Assembly: GCA_038087875.1 (NCBI GenBank)
Contig: CM075988.1
Span: 23,190,001-23,254,000 of the forward strand
Length of the DNA: 64,000 nucleotides
Reading direction: 5' to 3'
Origin: Malacoraja senta
Taxonomy: Eukaryota
This document shows, one piece after another, positions 36,955 to 49,002 of the stretch. The notes under the pieces are model-generated. The model saw nothing but the letters and a program-made list of their open reading frames with translations. It was not told where the DNA came from and searched no databases. Made by a program: the position numbers and the translations under genes. Positions within the stretch are counted from its first letter, which is position 1. The number at the start of each line of letters is the position of its first letter.

Positions 36955-37095
36955 CTTCTTCTTCTTGCGTATGGCGTGCACAGCCTAAAGTTGTAGGACA
37001 ACTTGTTCTATTTGATCTTATTTGATTGTGCACGCCAGGTTGATTGCATTCGTTGAAACAGGGCGGACCACGTGAAGGTTGCGATCTCCCACCCC
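36955..37095 (-). mobile_element. ~140-bp non-autonomous retroposon with HDV-like ribozyme head and (AAG)n tail, copy 2
   Basis: Inserted in a CR1 remnant with 11-bp TSD GTCCTATCCAT (36944-36954 and 37096-37106); same 5' start GGGGTGGGA as copy 1. Confidence 0.9.
37043..37095 (-). ncRNA. Minimal HDV-like ribozyme, predicted (one P2 mismatch)
   Basis: Minus strand reads GGGGUGG GAG AUCGCA ACC UUCACGU GGU CCGCCCU GUUUCAA CGAA UGCAAU; J4/2 is CGAA; C-A mismatch in P2. Confidence 0.72.
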
Positions 37096-37949
37096 GTCCT
37101 ATCCATGTACCTGTCTAACTGTTTCTTAAGTGTTGGGATAGTCCCAGCCTCAACTACCTCCTCTGACAGCTTGTTCCATACACCCACCACCCTTTGTGTG
37201 AAAAAGTTACCCCTCAGATTCCTATTAAATCTTTTCCCCTTCACCTATGTCCTCTGGTCCTCGGTTCACCTACTCTGGGCAAGGGAATCTGCGCATCTAC
37301 ACTATACATCTATCAGCTGTCATAGTTGGATTTGAACTCATAACTTCCCATCACTAATCCCATAAGATTGCAGACCCATACCATTGTGCGATATCGGAAC
37401 TGGAGCTTTGTGAGTGCCTGCGTAATAGTCTATGTTCTGTGTTGTACACTGTGGGACAATCATCAGGTAAATGTGTTCACTATTCGCTGATGTAAGTTAA
37501 CATTTTCTGAAATGTAGAACTGAAAACATATTTTTTCCATTTATTCAATAGGTATACTCTGACCCCCTGATGAGACTGAACAATCAACAACTCACCACAT
37601 ATGCCCTGTGTATGTGGTTTAGATATACATCCTGGCTTCTGAAATGGCTAATTACTCTCAAACAGCTTCAGGGATGTTCCTATCTGTTGCTACTTGCCAT
37701 TTCAGAATACAATGTTGAACTAATTCTCAAGCTTTAAGTAAACCACTAATTGGGTTTTTTTTATTGAAGGGAGAATTACTCAGTTGGCTGTGCAGCAAGA
37801 TCTATAGGAATGGAATGCTGACTTGAACTGAACACTTGGAAAAACAAAACCCCATTAATCTTCAAATCCCACCATTGAATCTGCCCCTCAGCCACTCTTC
37901 ATCTCTGCCAGCTGGACTAGAGAGTTTGCAACTTTGGTCTCACAACTTA

Positions 37950-38270
37950 GGGGCGGCACGGTGGCGCAGCGGTAGGGTTGCTGGTTTACAGCGCTTACGG
38001 CTCCGGAGACCCGAGTTCAATCCCGACTACGGGTGCTGTCTGTACGGAGTTTGTACGTCTCCCCGTGACCTGCGTAGGTTTTCTTTGAGATCTTCGGTTT
38101 CCTCCCACACTCCAAAGACACACAGGTCTGTAGGTTAATTGGCTTGGTATAAGTGTAAATTGTCCCTAGTGTGTTTAGGGTGGTGTTAGTGTGCGGGGAT
38201 CGCTGGTCGGCACAGACCCAGTGGGCCGAAGGGCCTGTTTCCGTGCTGTATCTCTAAACTAAACTAAACT
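37950..38270 (+). mobile_element. HE1/V-SINE-type SINE
   Basis: A and B boxes; tail. Confidence 0.9.
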
Positions 38271-38876
38271 GACTCTGAGCTTTGGGCCACAAACCTGTAC
38301 CATCACTAACACCATTTTGATAATCAAAAAACAAAGAATAAATGAAACTGCTGGCAACCAGAAATGTTATTCTTAGTACCAGTGTCAGGGTTTATGGGGA
38401 GAAGGCAGGAGAATGGGGTTGAGAGGGAAAGATAGACTAGCCATGATTGGATGGCGGAGCAGACATGACAGGCCGAATGGCCTAATTCTGTTCCTAGAAC
38501 TCACAAATTTATGTTTTCTGTAGTGTATTGTATAATCTTATATGTTTCAATAAGATCCCCTCTTATCCTTCTAGATTCCAGTGTATACAAGCCAGTCGCT
38601 CCATTGTTTCAACATATGACAGTCCCGCCATCCCGGGAATTAACCTTGTGAACCAACACTGCACTCCCTCAATAGCAAGAATGTCCTTCCTCAAATTTGG
38701 AGACCAAAACGGCACACATTATGTAACTGCAATCCTAGTCGGTCGAAGGGTCTCGACCCGAAACGTCACCCATTCCTTCCCTCCAGAGATGTGGTCTGTC
38801 CCGCTGAGTTACTCCAGCAATTTGTGTCTTTCTTTGGTTTAAACCAGCATCTGCAGTTCCTCCCTGCACACCAATG

Positions 38877-39165
38877 TTTAGTTTAGTTTAGAGATATAGC
38901 ATGGAAACAGGCCCGTCGGCCCACCGAGTCTGCACTGACCAGCAATGCCCACACACTAGCACTATCCTACACACACCAGGGATAATATACATTTATACCA
39001 AACCAATTAACCTTTACGTCTTTGGAGTGTGGGAGGAAACCGGAGCACCCGGAGAAAACCCACGTGGTCACAGAGAGAGCGTACAAACTCCGTACAGACA
39101 GCACCCATCGTCAGGATCGAACCCGAGTCTCTGGCGCTGTAAAAGCAGCAACTCTACCGTTCCGC
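38877..39165 (-). mobile_element. HE1/V-SINE-type SINE
   Basis: Reverse-complement SINE; part of an inverted duplication with 42946-43265. Confidence 0.88.
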
Positions 39166-39354
39166 ACCCAATTTGTAGATGACTCTGCCTTTCTTGCTTT
39201 GATGCTAATATGACACACCCATCACTGTGTGCTCAGGTACAGCGCAACTCAACCTTAAAGTTTGCTGATGCTGCTGCTGTTGCCAGCCGGATCAATAACA
39301 GGGTGTAGGGGGGTGATTGGGTACGCCACCACTGGCTTGTGGTTGACCCTTAAC

Positions 39355-39885
39355 TGTACCTGGGAGTGAGGATGCAGAGCTCGGAGAATGACATCAAGCG
39401 CTCGCATGGAAAGTGCTCAATAACATGGGGGAAATCTGGATGTCAATGGTCTCAAACTGAGATTCTTCCACACAACTGCAGAGACTTTATTATTGTACGA
39501 GTGTGAGACATGGACTCTCACTCGAGCACTGTCCAAGTCTCTCGACGGTACCCACACCCGAATGCTCAGAAAAGTTCAAAATGTCAGTTGGAGGGACCAC
39601 ATCACCAACGCCCTGCTCTATGGTGAGATTCCACCTCTGACCGAGAAGATCAGTTGGAGAAGGATGAGGCTCGCTGGTCACTGCCACCGCCACCCAGAAA
39701 TGACCAGTAAACAAGGTCGTGCTGTGGGAACCCACCCATGGAAGACGTGACCCGGGACGATGCTGAAGACGTTGATGGAAGACGCACGTGTAGAGACAAA
39801 AGAAGAGCTTGCCAGCTGCATGGAGGACAGAGATGTGTGGTGCGTCCGTCACCGTGCCCGGCGGAAACCAGCACCACTGCGTCGC
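39355..39885 (+). mobile_element. RTE-clade LINE C-terminal remnant
   Basis: LLYECETWTLT...LDGTHTRMLRKVQNVSWRDHITN..LYG...RRMRLAGHCHRHPE. Confidence 0.8.
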
Positions 39886-40714
39886 TAATGTTTTCAACGA
39901 TGAAATGCATTAACTGACTATTCATTTCAGTGACAATTAGAATTGATGAATCAATTCTGGCTATGTCTGCAATTGCCAGATCCTCGGAAAGGTAAATTAA
40001 CAAATAATACTCCACCTCTTTGTGATAAATCATGCTGCCCATTAATCATAATTCATCACATATGATGTTACACAAGGAAGTCGGTAAATAGTAAAGTGCA
40101 AATTCCAACATGATTCTTTTTACCCACTTTCCTGCTCAATTACAGCATTTCAGAGAGAGAAACAAATAGTAACTGAGACAGCAGGTAATTTCCATCTAAG
40201 TCATCCTATTTTAAAGGAATAATATGCAAACATTTCCCAATTCTGTTTTTGTTGAACTTCACCAACTTCTTGCTAATCACTCCTCACCAGCGCGGGTCAG
40301 TAAGGCCTTGGATCTGACAATCACATTCTGGAGAGATATGTTTTGTTAAAAAAAAGTGTGAGACTTTTGTGACAAAGGCGTGTCAAGGAAGCACAGTGGG
40401 ATTGTTATAACATCATCGTGCTTAACACATGACATATATGATGACAGATTGTCAGCATGCACAAAAGTCTAAGTAAAATTATAACTCAGTCATGTCATCA
40501 GCATTGCAATGAATGAATGAATGAATAAGTTTATTGGCCAAGTATATTCACATACAAGGAATTTGCCTTGGTGCTCCGCCCGCAAGTGACAACATGACAT
40601 GCAGTGACAGTTAGGAATGAAAAATAATACATTAAACATTAATAATAAAACATTATTGATTAAACATGTGAATTAAATAAAATACCAGAGCAAAAGGCGA
40701 CAGCCAGGTTCAGA

Positions 40715-41610
40715 GTTAGATTCAGAGAAGTTTATTGTCATTTTGACCAAGGTGCAATGAAATATCCTCGTTCACATGAAGTTAGCAGAGGGAACAATAA
40801 GTGCATTATAATGCACAATACGTACAATGATGAATGCCAAAGACAGCCAAATGGTGTATAATATTGCTGAAGTAGCAAGAAAAGTGCTTAAAAAAACTAA
40901 AGTGCGATCACGGACTAACCAAATGAGATAGCGTGAAGAGTAAGAGTATGGGGCATCACCACTGGGAAGTAGGTTTGAGGAGAATGGTTCAGGAGTTTGA
41001 GGCATGGGGAAGAATCTGTTCTTTAGTCTGGGCATCCAGGCATTCAAGCCCCCAGAAGGTGTAACAGAGAAATGGGAATTTCCAGGGTGGCCGATATCTA
41101 TAACGAAACCTTCAGCATTCTTGATGCAACGCTTCAGATTTCTTGGTATCGTGTCACCAATCTAACCTGATCCCTTCACACCGCTGTGACTAAGGGAAGC
41201 GTCTGAGAAGCATGGGCCATGAAACAGACTGTGTGGAAGGAAGTGCTGAGCCTGTGATGGACTTGGGCTGTGCTCACCGCTCGCTGTCTGCAGGCTCAGG
41301 CGGTCCAGAGCAAGGCGGCTGTCGTACCGGGCTGAGATGCCAGGCAGAATATTGCACATCCATATAAAAGTATGAGAGATTTGGCGTGGACATGCCAAAT
41401 CTTCCCAGATGCCCAAGGAATGTAAATATGCTCTTGTGCTTTCTCAATCACTGAAGGGATCAGCTTAGGTAGGTGATAAGGATGCCAAGAAACTTGAAGG
41501 GGTCAACCCAGTTTATAGCAGCATCATTGATGAGGACAGGGCTGTGTTCACGCCCTCACTTCCTTAAGTAAACATCTATCTCTTTTGCCTTGCTGACGCT
41601 CAGGGTTAGG
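40715..41610 (-). mobile_element. Old Rex/Babar-type LINE remnants, continuing at 42534-42930
   Basis: Minus strand LSVSKAKEI...PVLIND...FKFLGI; RLKNRFFP; KFADD..VV.RINN at 42598-42642. Confidence 0.65.
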
Positions 41611-41611
41611 A

Positions 41612-42432
41612 TCAGCTCCTAGCAGCATGGTGCGCTGACAACAACCTGGCCCTTAACTCCAAGAAGACCAAGGAGCTCATTGTGGACTACAGGAGGTCTA
41701 GGGGCTGCACGCACACCCCCATCCATATTAACGGGACGGAGGTGGAACGTGTTTCCAGCTTCAGGTTTCTGGGGGTCAACATCTCTGATGACCTCTCTTG
41801 GACCCACAATACATCAACACTGGTCAAGAAGGCTCACCAGCGTCTCTTCTTCCTGAGGAGACTAAAGAAGGTCCATCTGTCTCCTCAGATTCTGGTGAAC
41901 TTCTACCGCTGCACCATCGAGAGCATCCTTACCAACTGCATCACAGTATGGTATGGCAACTGCTCTGTCTCCGACCGGAAAGCACTGCAGAGGGTGGTGA
42001 AAACCGCCCAACGCATCACCGGTTCCTCACTCCCCTCCATTGAGTCTGTCCAAAGCAAGCGATGTCTGCGAAGGGCGCTCAGCATCGCCAAGGACTGCTC
42101 TCACCCCAGCCACAGACTGTTTACCCTCCTACCATCCGGGAGGCGCTACAGGTCCCTCCGTTGCTGAACCAGCAGGTTCAGGAACAGCTTCTTCCCTGCG
42201 GCTGTTACACTACTGAACTCTGCACCTCGGTGATTGCCAGTCCCCCCCCCCCCCCCCCTTCCGGACACTCCTTCCCCCAGAAAAATTGCACTACTTATAC
42301 TGCTGTACATATATATATTTTACTGCTCATTATTCCTAAGTTCGCTCTTCTGGGTGAGATGCTAACTATATTTCGTTGTCTCTGTACTGTACACTGCACA
42401 ATGACAATTCAAGATTGAATTGAATTGAATTG
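41612..42432 (+). mobile_element. Rex1/Babar-type LINE 3' part (post-RT, DUF1891-like region)
   Basis: WCADNNLALNSKKTKELIVDYRR...VERVSSFRFLGV...KKAHQRLFFLRRL...FYRCTIESIL...LLPSGRRYRS; (gaatt)n tail. Confidence 0.92.
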
Positions 42433-42649
42433 AAGGATGCATAAGAAGAACCTGAAACGTCACCTATTTCTTTTCTCCAGAGATGCTGCCTGATCTGCTG
42501 AGTTACTACAGCATTTTTTTTGTGTCTATCTTTAGGGTTAGGACGTTGTCCTGACACCATGATTCAACGTACTTAATCCTACGCCCTGTCTCAGCGCTGT
42601 TATTGATCCGGCTGACAACAGCAGGATCATCAGCAAACTTAAAGGTTGC

Positions 42650-42862
42650 AGGGCCTGTCCCACTTGGGCAGCATTTGCATGTCACGCAGGTGGCGCGCGA
42701 GGATTTTGAGAATCCCAAAATCCTGGGGCACCGCGCGCTACCGCGCATCACTGCCTACGCCATCAGGCCTCGCCACGCGCCCTACGTGTGCGTCGTGCAT
42801 TGTGACGCATAAATGATATCGCGTAAATGACGCGCAAATAACGCCCAAGTGGGACAGGCCCT
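42650..42862. mobile_element. PIF/Harbinger-type MITE
   Basis: TIR AGGGCCTGTCCCACTTGGGC; flanks TGC/TGA; empty site seen in paralog near 39248. Confidence 0.87.
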
Positions 42863-42945
42863 TGAGTTGCGCTGTACCTGAGCACACAGTGATGGGTGCG
42901 TCATATTAGCATTGTAGCAAGAGAGGCAGAGTCATCCACAAATTA

Positions 42946-43265
42946 GGAGCGGCACGGTGGCACAGCGGTAGAGTTGCTGCCTTTACAGCGCCAGAGACCC
43001 GGGTTCGATCCTGACTACGGGTGCTGTCTGTACGGAGTTTGTACGCTCTATCTATGACCGCATGGGTTTTCTCCGGGAGCTCCGGTTTCCTCCCACACTC
43101 CAAAGATGTACAGCTTTGTAGGTTAATTGGCTTTGGTAAAATTGTAAATTGTCCCTTGTGTGTAACATATTGCTATAGTGCTATTGTACAGGGTGATTGC
43201 TGGTCGGCGCAGACTCAGTGGGCCAAAGGGCCTGTTTCCGCATTGTCTCTCTAAAGTCTAAAGTC
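42946..43265 (+). mobile_element. HE1/V-SINE-type SINE
   Basis: A and B boxes; tail. Confidence 0.9.
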
Positions 43266-43472
43266 AACAGATCACCTGGAGTTATATCTGCTGTTTCACC
43301 CAACATTACTCCTGTCCCTTAAGGACAATTGCCCACTTTGCCCTGAAGAAGGTTTTCGACCCGAAACGTTGCCTATTTCCTTCGCTCCATAGATGCTGCC
43401 TCACCCGCTGAGTTTCTCCAGCATTTTTGTCTACCTTCGATTTTCCAGCATCTGCAGTTCCTTCTTATACGA

Positions 43473-43765
43473 TTAGTTTTTAGTTTCAGTTTTAGAGATA
43501 CAGCGTGGAAACAGGCCCTTCGGCCCACCCCGACCAGCAATCGCCCGTACACTAGTACTATCCGACACACTAAGGACAATTTTACCAAAGCCAATTAATC
43601 TACAAACCTGTACGTCTCTGGAGTGTGGGAGGAAACGGAGCACCCGGAGAAAACCCAGGCGGTCACCGGGAGATCATACACACTCCATACAGACAGCACC
43701 CGTGGTCAGGATCGAATCTGGGTCTCTGGCGCTGTAAGGCAGCAACTCTACCGTTGTGCTACTGT
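43473..43765 (-). mobile_element. HE1/V-SINE-type SINE
   Basis: Reverse-complement SINE. Confidence 0.88.
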
Positions 43766-43868
43766 ATAGTGCCATTGAGTTACAATATTATATTTTTAGA
43801 CTAAATGAAGGAAGATCTTCTAACAAATGTAAATAACTCAAGGAGAAATATCATACTTTGCTGCACTG

Positions 43869-44105
43869 TCAATAGACAATAGACAATAGGTCCAGGAGTA
43901 GGCCATTCGGCCCTTCGAGCCAGCACCGCCATTCAATGTGATCATGGCTGATCATCCCCAATCAGTACCCCGTTCCTGCCTTCTCCCCATATCCCCTGAC
44001 TCCGCTATTTTTAAGAGCCCTATCTAGCTCTCTCTTGAAAGCATCCAGAGAACCTGCCTCCACCGCCCTCTGAGGCAGAGAATTCCACAGACTCACCACG
44101 CTCTA
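43869..44105 (-). mobile_element. Young CR1 LINE 3' end
   Basis: (agacaat)n tail and subfamily sequence. Confidence 0.9.
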
Positions 44106-45515
44106 TCAACAAAGGTTTGTTGCAAATATAATGAGTAATGAGCAATTACAGTAATTCATCTTTCAGTGCGTTTCCCTGCCTTGCGTTTATGTTACTGTGC
44201 ATTTGAATGGCTGCAATTTTTAAACCATGCAGTGTATTAATTCACCTCGCACGTCCACTATTTGTTTGGGCCGCCGTGCGTCGGCACAGGCAGAATGGGT
44301 AGTGCGTTGATGGTCATGTAAGATCTTGTCATGATTTTTGTCTGTCAACTGGGCTGCTCCCAGAGCAGGTTTCAGGGAAGGCATTTAAACTTGATCACTT
44401 CTGTAAGAGTTCAACAATAGTAGGTAAAATACACAAATCAACGTGTTTAAAAGATGATCAGGGGATGCTTCCCCTCTGGCCTTGACTCCCTGCACACAAT
44501 ACTCCAGGTGTGGTCTCACTAGGGCCCTGTACAACTGCAGAAGGACCTCTTTGCTCCTATACTCCTCTTGTTATGAAGGCCAACAGGCCATTAGCTTTCT
44601 TCACTGCCTGCTGCACCTGCATGCTTACTTTCAGTGACTGATGAACAAGGACCCCCAGATCTCGTTGCACCTCCCCTTTTCCTAACTTGACGCCATTATT
44701 TAATAATCTGCCTTCCTGTTCTTGCCACCAAAGTTCACTCAGAAGTATGTTAGTGTTTATTTAAATTTGCCTTTGCTTGGGCAAGGATGATATTAAGCAG
44801 TCAATGAAGCATGCAAATGTTTCACCACTCAATATTCGAGGACCACCCCATTTTAAACATTCGTATAAGCAAAATGAACAAACTTCAAAAAAGAGAGTTT
44901 CTATTAACATTAATCACTTTAGCCACACTATCTCCACCTTGCACACACCTGGTCGCTCAGCGGGTCAGTCTTTGCTTCCTTCTCAATAATATTATTTTTG
45001 GAGGGAACGAACTATGTGGCATTTCCAGTTAAAGATGGGAGAAGCCTAAGGATTTAATTCATGTTACATAATGGATGTTAATCCAACATGTTTCCAACAT
45101 GAGATGATGCATGTATTCAAGAGAGAGTTAGATAGAGCTCTTAGGGATAACGGAATCAAGGGATATGGGGAGAAAGCAGGAACGGGATACTGATGAGTCA
45201 TGATCATATTGATAGGCCTACTCCTGCACCTATTTTCTATGTTTCTATGTTGTTATATCTAAGATTGATTGAGTCAAGCATTCTTGGCAGATATTATGAT
45301 TCTCCAAAAGGAGTGAAAATATTGGACCAGTCGTCAAAGATTATTAATATTTAATCATCATCAACAGGTTTTTATGAAGAGGACCATGAGACACAACAAG
45401 CATTCTCTATATAGATAATCATAAAAATCATGTCACTTGCACCATCAATATTGATGGTGAAAGTTTCAGAGCATATGTGAAGAATGGTTTTAATGTTATT
45501 ACTGGCAATAACATC

Positions 45516-45815
45516 GGGCGGCATGGTGGCAAAGCGGTAGAGTTGCTGCCTTACAGCGCCAGAGACCCTGGTTTGGCCCTGATTACGGGTGCTGTCTGTA
45601 AGGAGTTTGTACGTTCTCCCCGCGACCTACGTAGGTTTCCTCCGAGATCTTCGGTTTCCTCCCACACTCCAAAGATGTACAGGTTTGTAGGTTAATTGGC
45701 TTGGTATAAATGTAAAATTGTCCCTGGTGTGTGTACGGTAGTGTTAATGTCCAGGGATCGCTGCTCGGTGCGGAGCTGAAGGGCTTGTTTCCGCACTGTA
45801 TCTCTAAACTAAATA
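45516..45815 (+). mobile_element. HE1/V-SINE-type SINE
   Basis: Head, body and tail. Confidence 0.88.
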
Positions 45816-46158
45816 AATAGATGTTTGCTCATTCTCGATACGTATAATCATAAAGATCATATCAGTTGCACAATATTGACAGTGAAAGTTTCAGAGTGTA
45901 CGCGGAGAATGTTTCTATTGTTATTGCTGACAAGTGAGTAGATGTTTCTTCAAACCACAAATTGCTGGAGGAACTCAGAGAGTCTGACAGTATCGGGGTT
46001 GGGAACGGACAGGTGACATTTTGGATCAGAACCCTTTATCTAATTGATGTTTGTTCTCCGAATTGGGAAGCATTCTTTGTGTGTGAATTCAAGTCCAATC
46101 ATAAAATTTGGTTCCAATTAAGTCATCAAATCTTCAAAATGACAATAAAATACCTTTA

Positions 46159-46468
46159 AGGTCCTGTCCCACTATACGAGTTTACCCAAGAGCTCTCCCG
46201 AGATTAAAAAAAAATAGCCAACTCGTGGTAAGCACGTAGAATGTACGTAGCGGGTTCGTCGGAGCTCGGGGACGTCTTGTAGCGGCTCGTAACGCTAACG
46301 GCAGGTACTCGGGAAACGCGGTAAGCTCGTGAAGTTTTTTCAACATGTTGAAAAATGTCCACGAGAGCCCCGAATACCGATGAGCGGCTATTACCGTAAT
46401 TCCCCTAGTTCGAATCAGGGGAAACTCGGGAGAACTCTTGAATTACCTCGTACAGTGGGACAGGCCCT
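46159..46468. mobile_element. PIF/Harbinger-type MITE
   Basis: TTA TSD; TIR aggtcctgtcccactatacgag / ctcgtacagtgggacaggccct. Confidence 0.88.
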
Positions 46469-46834
46469 TTAGTTCATTTCAAGCAAATCTTGTTCATTCT
46501 GACTTGTGCATAGAGGACTTTGATGTTTACAACTTTCTTGGCATTAAGTACTGAGAAAATTACAGCTCTGGGGATTAAGATAATATTTGACTTTGGGTTG
46601 TAAAGATTAAAGTACAAAAACCTCATAAAATTTACATATGAATCGACAGTATTTGAGAATGTTCTTAAAATGAGGATCATTTTAGGTTAGAATAACACAT
46701 TGTGTCTAGTGCAAAGCCTGGTGACATTGCAGGTTGGTTGGGGTTCTTAAAGGCAAAGATTCATCTGTTGGGTGAGATTCCTCTGCTAGGTGAACCTTTA
46801 AGAAGATTAGGCTTAGTTCAATGGTATTGACCTC

Positions 46835-47330
46835 AAGCTGGGAAGGGTGCAGAGAAGGATGTTGCCTTTACTCGAGTGCCTGGGCAATAGAGGGAGGTTG
46901 AGCAGGCTAGGGACTCTATTCCTTGGAGCGCAGGAGGATGAGCGGTGATCTTATAGAGGTGTACAAAATCATGAGAAGATTGGATTCGATAGGTGCACAG
47001 AGATTCTTGCCCAGAGTAGGGCAATCGAGAACCAGAGGACATGGGTTTCAGGTGAGGGAGGAAAGATGTAATAGGAACCTGAGGGGTTACTTTTTCATGC
47101 AAAGGGTGGTAGGTTTATGGAATGAGCTGCCGGAGGAGGTAGTTGAGAGAAGTACTATCATAATGTTTATGAAACATTTAGACAGGTACATGAATGGGAT
47201 AGGTTTAAAGGGATATGGGCCAAATGCAGGCAGGTGGGACTATTGTAGGTGGGACATGTTGGCCGGAGTGGGCAACTTGGGCCGAAGGGTCTGTTTCCAC
47301 ACTGTAAGACTCTATGACTATGACACTATG
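46835..47330 (+). mobile_element. Older CR1 LINE 3' end
   Basis: LERRRMSGDLIEVYKIMR...RTRGHGFQV...RVVGLWNELP. Confidence 0.88.
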
Positions 47331-47369
47331 ACCTCAACTATAGATGTCCAGATTTGTACATGATTTAAT

Positions 47370-47397
47370 CTGAAGAAGGGTCTCGACCCGAAACGTC
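47370..47397 (+). ncRNA. Minimal hammerhead ribozyme motif in PLE terminal repeat
   Basis: CTGAAGAAGGGTCTCGACCCGAAACGTC. Confidence 0.55.
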
Positions 47398-47689
47398 GCC
47401 TATTCCTTCGCTCCAGAGATGCTGCCTCACCCGCTGAGTTTCTCCAGTATTTTTGTCTACCTTCCCAGATTATGACATACAGTTTATGTTAAAAAGCCAT
47501 TATTATACTGAGACAAGTGAAAGTGCAGAGAGTTACAGATGTCGCCCAAAGATAGACACAAAGTGCTGTAGTAATTCAGCAGGTCAGGCAGAGTCTCTGG
47601 AGAAAATGAATAGGTGATGTTTTCGATCGGGACCCTTTTTCGGACTGATTGGAAGCAAGAAAAGACCAGGACAAATCACACAACCTGTC

Positions 47690-47905
47690 GATGTGCCCCA
47701 GTCCATCATACAGACCAGACTTCCCCCGATTGACTCCATTTACACCACGCTGCCTCGGAAAACCAGTGAACGTAATCAAAGACTTGTCCCATCCCGGTCA
47801 TTCCTCCTTCTTCCTGTTCCTCTCTGGCAGAAGATACAGAGAGATGAAGGTGTGCACCACCAGACTCAGGAACACCTTCTTCCCCTCTGTTATCAGATGG
47901 TCATG
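47690..47905 (+). mobile_element. Rex/Babar-type LINE C-terminal remnant
   Basis: RCLGKPVNVIKDLSHPGH...SGRRYR...TTRLRNTFFP. Confidence 0.75.
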
Positions 47906-48589
47906 AAGGATAGACCTTGAACAATGGGCCGCGATGTCTGGTCCACAGGCCGTGATATCTGAGTGTAGGGGTGCAAAACTGGGAGAGGTAGATAATCTAT
48001 CAATCAGAGACAAGGACATGTGCCTTCTCCTTGGTATCGGGGCCACTTTTGGTGGAAGATATTGTAGCTTAAGCTAATCTCCATGAATTACAGACCATTT
48101 CTCAAGCCTTTCTTGACGTCCTCTGAGGGAGGGCTATATGTATGTATTTACGTATGTACCCAATCTATGAACCACTGTTGTATAACGTTAGTACCTCCAC
48201 CAATGTAAAGCACTTTGGCCAACGAGAGTTGTTTTTTAAATGTGCTATAGAAATAAAAGTGACTTGACTTGACTTGAATTTATCGACCCGAAACGTCGCC
48301 TATTTCCTTCGCTCCATAGATGCTGCCTCACCCGCTGAGTTTCTCCAGCATTTTTGTCCTACCTTAATTTTCCAGCATCTGCAGTTCCTTCTTAACCATT
48401 TATTAATTGAGGTTGAATTATACAATCGTAGGACACTGTCTTGATAACCCGACCTGAACTGCCTCTCATCGATCTAGACCTTTCCATAAACAAAGAGACT
48501 GAAAAAGCATAAAGTACCTCGGATGTGGTATAGTTTTCTAAGATCAAAAGATTTATTTTATTTTAAACTTCTCTCCTTTTCCAATAAAC

Positions 48590-48905
48590 TAGTTTAGTTT
48601 AGTTTAGTTTAGTTTAGTTTAGAGATACAACGTGGAAACAGGCCTTTCGGCCCACCGAGTCCACGCCAGCCAACAATCAGCTATACACTAGTTCTACCCT
48701 ACACAGTAGGGGCAATTTACAGAAGCCAATCAACCTACAAACCTGCACGTCTTTGGAGTGTGGGAGGAAACCGACGATCTCGGAGAAAACCCACACGGTC
48801 ACAGGGAGAACGTAAAAACTCCGTACAGACAGCACCCGTAGTCAGGATTGAACCTGGGTCTCTGCTGGAGTAAGGCAGCAACTCTACTGCTGTGCCACCG
48901 TGTTG
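48590..48905 (-). mobile_element. HE1/V-SINE-type SINE
   Basis: (tagtt)n tail on +; reverse-complement head. Confidence 0.9.
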
Positions 48906-49002
48906 CCTCTGCGCTGTTTTGCTGCCTGCTCCTCCAACAACTGAAAGGCAATTAGGCAAAGACATTGCCAGAGACAGACAGACACAGCCTGCGAAAGAAC
49001 AA

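Noticed and set aside
41682..42167. Possible host gene (DUF1891/ALKBH8 N-terminal-like)
   Set aside because: Multi-copy, intronless, ends in a LINE tail; it is a Rex/Babar ORF C-terminus (also 53300 and 62182)
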